A stretch of DNA of 64,000 bases, taken from contig MU057930.1 in assembly GCA_013265495.1 (NCBI GenBank), forward strand, positions 1,132,057 through 1,196,056, in the 5' to 3' direction. Both the position numbers and the translations under genes were made by a program. The notes beneath the pieces are model-generated. The model made no database searches, had not been told where the DNA came from, and saw only the letters and a program-made list of their open reading frames with translations. This document shows, one piece after another, positions 62,270-64,000 of the stretch. Each line of letters opens with the position of its first letter. Within the stretch, counting starts at the first letter, position 1. The stretch is from Vicugna vicugna (lineage: Eukaryota).

Positions 62270-64000
62270 TAATAAATGTCTTACAAGACAAAATAACAGA
62301 ACTCACCCAATCAGAACAGAAGACAGAAAAGCAAACAAAAACCAATGAAATCAATATAAGGAAACTTCGGATAAAATAAAGCGTGCCAACCTAAGCATTA
62401 TAGGGGTCACAGGAGAAAAAGCAAGGGGGATTGAAAAAGTATTTGAAGAAATCATGACTGAAAATTTCCCAAACCTAAAGAAGGCAACAAATGCCAAATC
62501 ACAGGAAACACAGAGGGTCCCAAAGAAGAACCCAAATAGATCTACAGCAAGACATATTAATAATCAAGATGGCCAAGGTTAAAGGTAAAGAAATGATTCT
62601 AAAGGCAGAAAGAGAAAAACAAAGAGTGAGTTACAAGGGAACCCTCATAAGGCTTTCAGCTGATTTCTCTACACAATCACTGAGCCAGAAGGGCAAGATA
62701 CATTCCATGTCCTGAATGAGAAAAAGCTGCAACCTAGGATACTTTATCTAGTGAGGCTGTCTTTTAGAATTGAAGAAGAGAGAAAGAATCTCACAGACAA
62801 GCAAAACTAAAACAATTCAGCAATGCTAAGCCTATGCTAAAAGAAATATTGAAACATCTAATCTAAATAGAAAAGAAGCAGGATGCTATTGAAAGGAGAA
62901 AACCATAATTGGAAAGGCAGTAACTACAATGAGTTACAATAGAATATACATAAGGATGTAAAAGAAAATGTCAATATCATTAAGGATAGGAGACAGGGGG
63001 AGCAAGAAAATACTGATTTCTTCTTTTTTTTTTTTCCCCAGTGCTTTAAGGATGCAATTGAACCTATATGACTATCAGTTTAAAACAACAATTATAGTAA
63101 TGGGTAAATATACTTAAAAACAGAGTAACGAAACATCAAAAGCTTACAATACTCACAAAAACCAAAAAGGAATAAAGATAATACAGAGAAAAATTATCAA
63201 ACCACAAGAAGAAACAAAAAGGAACAAAGAGGAAATACCAAGTCAACTGGAAAAATAAGATCAAAATGGCAATAAACACACATCTATAAATAATTACCAT
63301 AAATGTCAATAAATTAAATGCTTCAATCAAAAGACATACAGTGTCAGACTGCATAATGAAAAAAGAACCTACAATATGATGCATATAAGAGACTGACTTT
63401 TTCAAGAATGACACACGTCGATTGAGAGTGAGAGGATGGAAAACATATTTAATGCACATAGAAATAAGAAAGCAAAAGTAGCAATACTGATATCAGACAA
63501 AACTTAAAAGGCCATAAAAAAGACAAAAACAAAGGACTATATGATGATTAATGAAGCAATTCAAGATGAGGATATTACATCAATTGACATATATGCTCCC
63601 AATATAGAAGCACCTCAACATATAAAAAAAAAACTAACAGATAAAAAGGGAGAGATTGATGGGAACACAATCACTGTAGGAGACTTTAGCACCCCATTAA
63701 CATCATTAGATAGATCTTTCAGATAGAAAATTAACACAGCAAGAGAGAAAAAAAAGACAAAACAATTGGACTAGGTTGATATTTTCAGAATATTACATCC
63801 CCACAAGATAGAATATACATTCTTGCACATGGAACATTTTCTAGGATAGATCATGTACTCGGGCACAAAAGAAGCCTCGACAAATTTAAAAGGATAGAAA
63901 TTATTTCAAGAATCTTTTCTGACCACGACGCCACGAAACTAGAAATCCAGCACAGAAAAACAAAGGAGAAAACAATGACAGCATGGAGATTAAAGAACAT
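62270..64000 (+). mobile_element. Decayed L1: ORF1 3' part, inter-ORF spacer and ORF2 endonuclease domain (runs off the window)
   Basis: ORF1 motifs (IEKVFEEIMTENFPNL; IIKMAKVK...ILKA.REKQRVSYKGT.IRLSADFS). ORF2 ATG at 63266 and EN motifs (IYAPN, GDF.TPL, DH, SDH). Multiple stops and frameshifts. Confidence 0.95.

Noticed and set aside
1..64000. Assignment to a specific host gene (e.g. STS, ANOS1, NLGN4X, TBL1X, ARHGAP6/AMELX, MID1)
   Set aside because: No exon matching my recollection of these proteins was found; a pseudoautosomal or subtelomeric location is only a compositional inference

Overview
Mammalian genomic DNA, very probably camelid (alpaca/llama/camel): it carries eight copies of a tRNA-Ala(AGC)-derived SINE matching the camelid vic-1 family, plus many artiodactyl/camelid-type L1 3' ends. 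I could not identify any host protein-coding exon, RNA gene or prokaryotic system, so the window reads as a large intron or intergenic DNA. The only protein homology I recognise is decayed L1 ORF1/ORF2. The landscape is transposon relics (L1 of several ages, vic-1 SINEs, L2, MIR, MLT1/MLT2 LTRs, MER20, MER2, a Tigger1 deletion derivative) and two long (ATCC/ATCT)n tracts. Signals worth follow-up are: (1) ancient repeats rewritten toward GC/CpG until they mimic CpG islands, consistent with strong GC-biased gene conversion as in a pseudoautosomal or subtelomeric region; (2) two hairpin/palindromic elements (330-458, 57713-57778); (3) a weak candidate + strand first exon at 57193-57349; (4) four alternating-orientation SINEs within 4.4 kb; (5) nested and rearranged L1 insertions. 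I found no convincing novel biological system. Repeat subfamily names come from recalled consensus sequences, boundaries are approximate, and both need RepeatMasker/Dfam confirmation.
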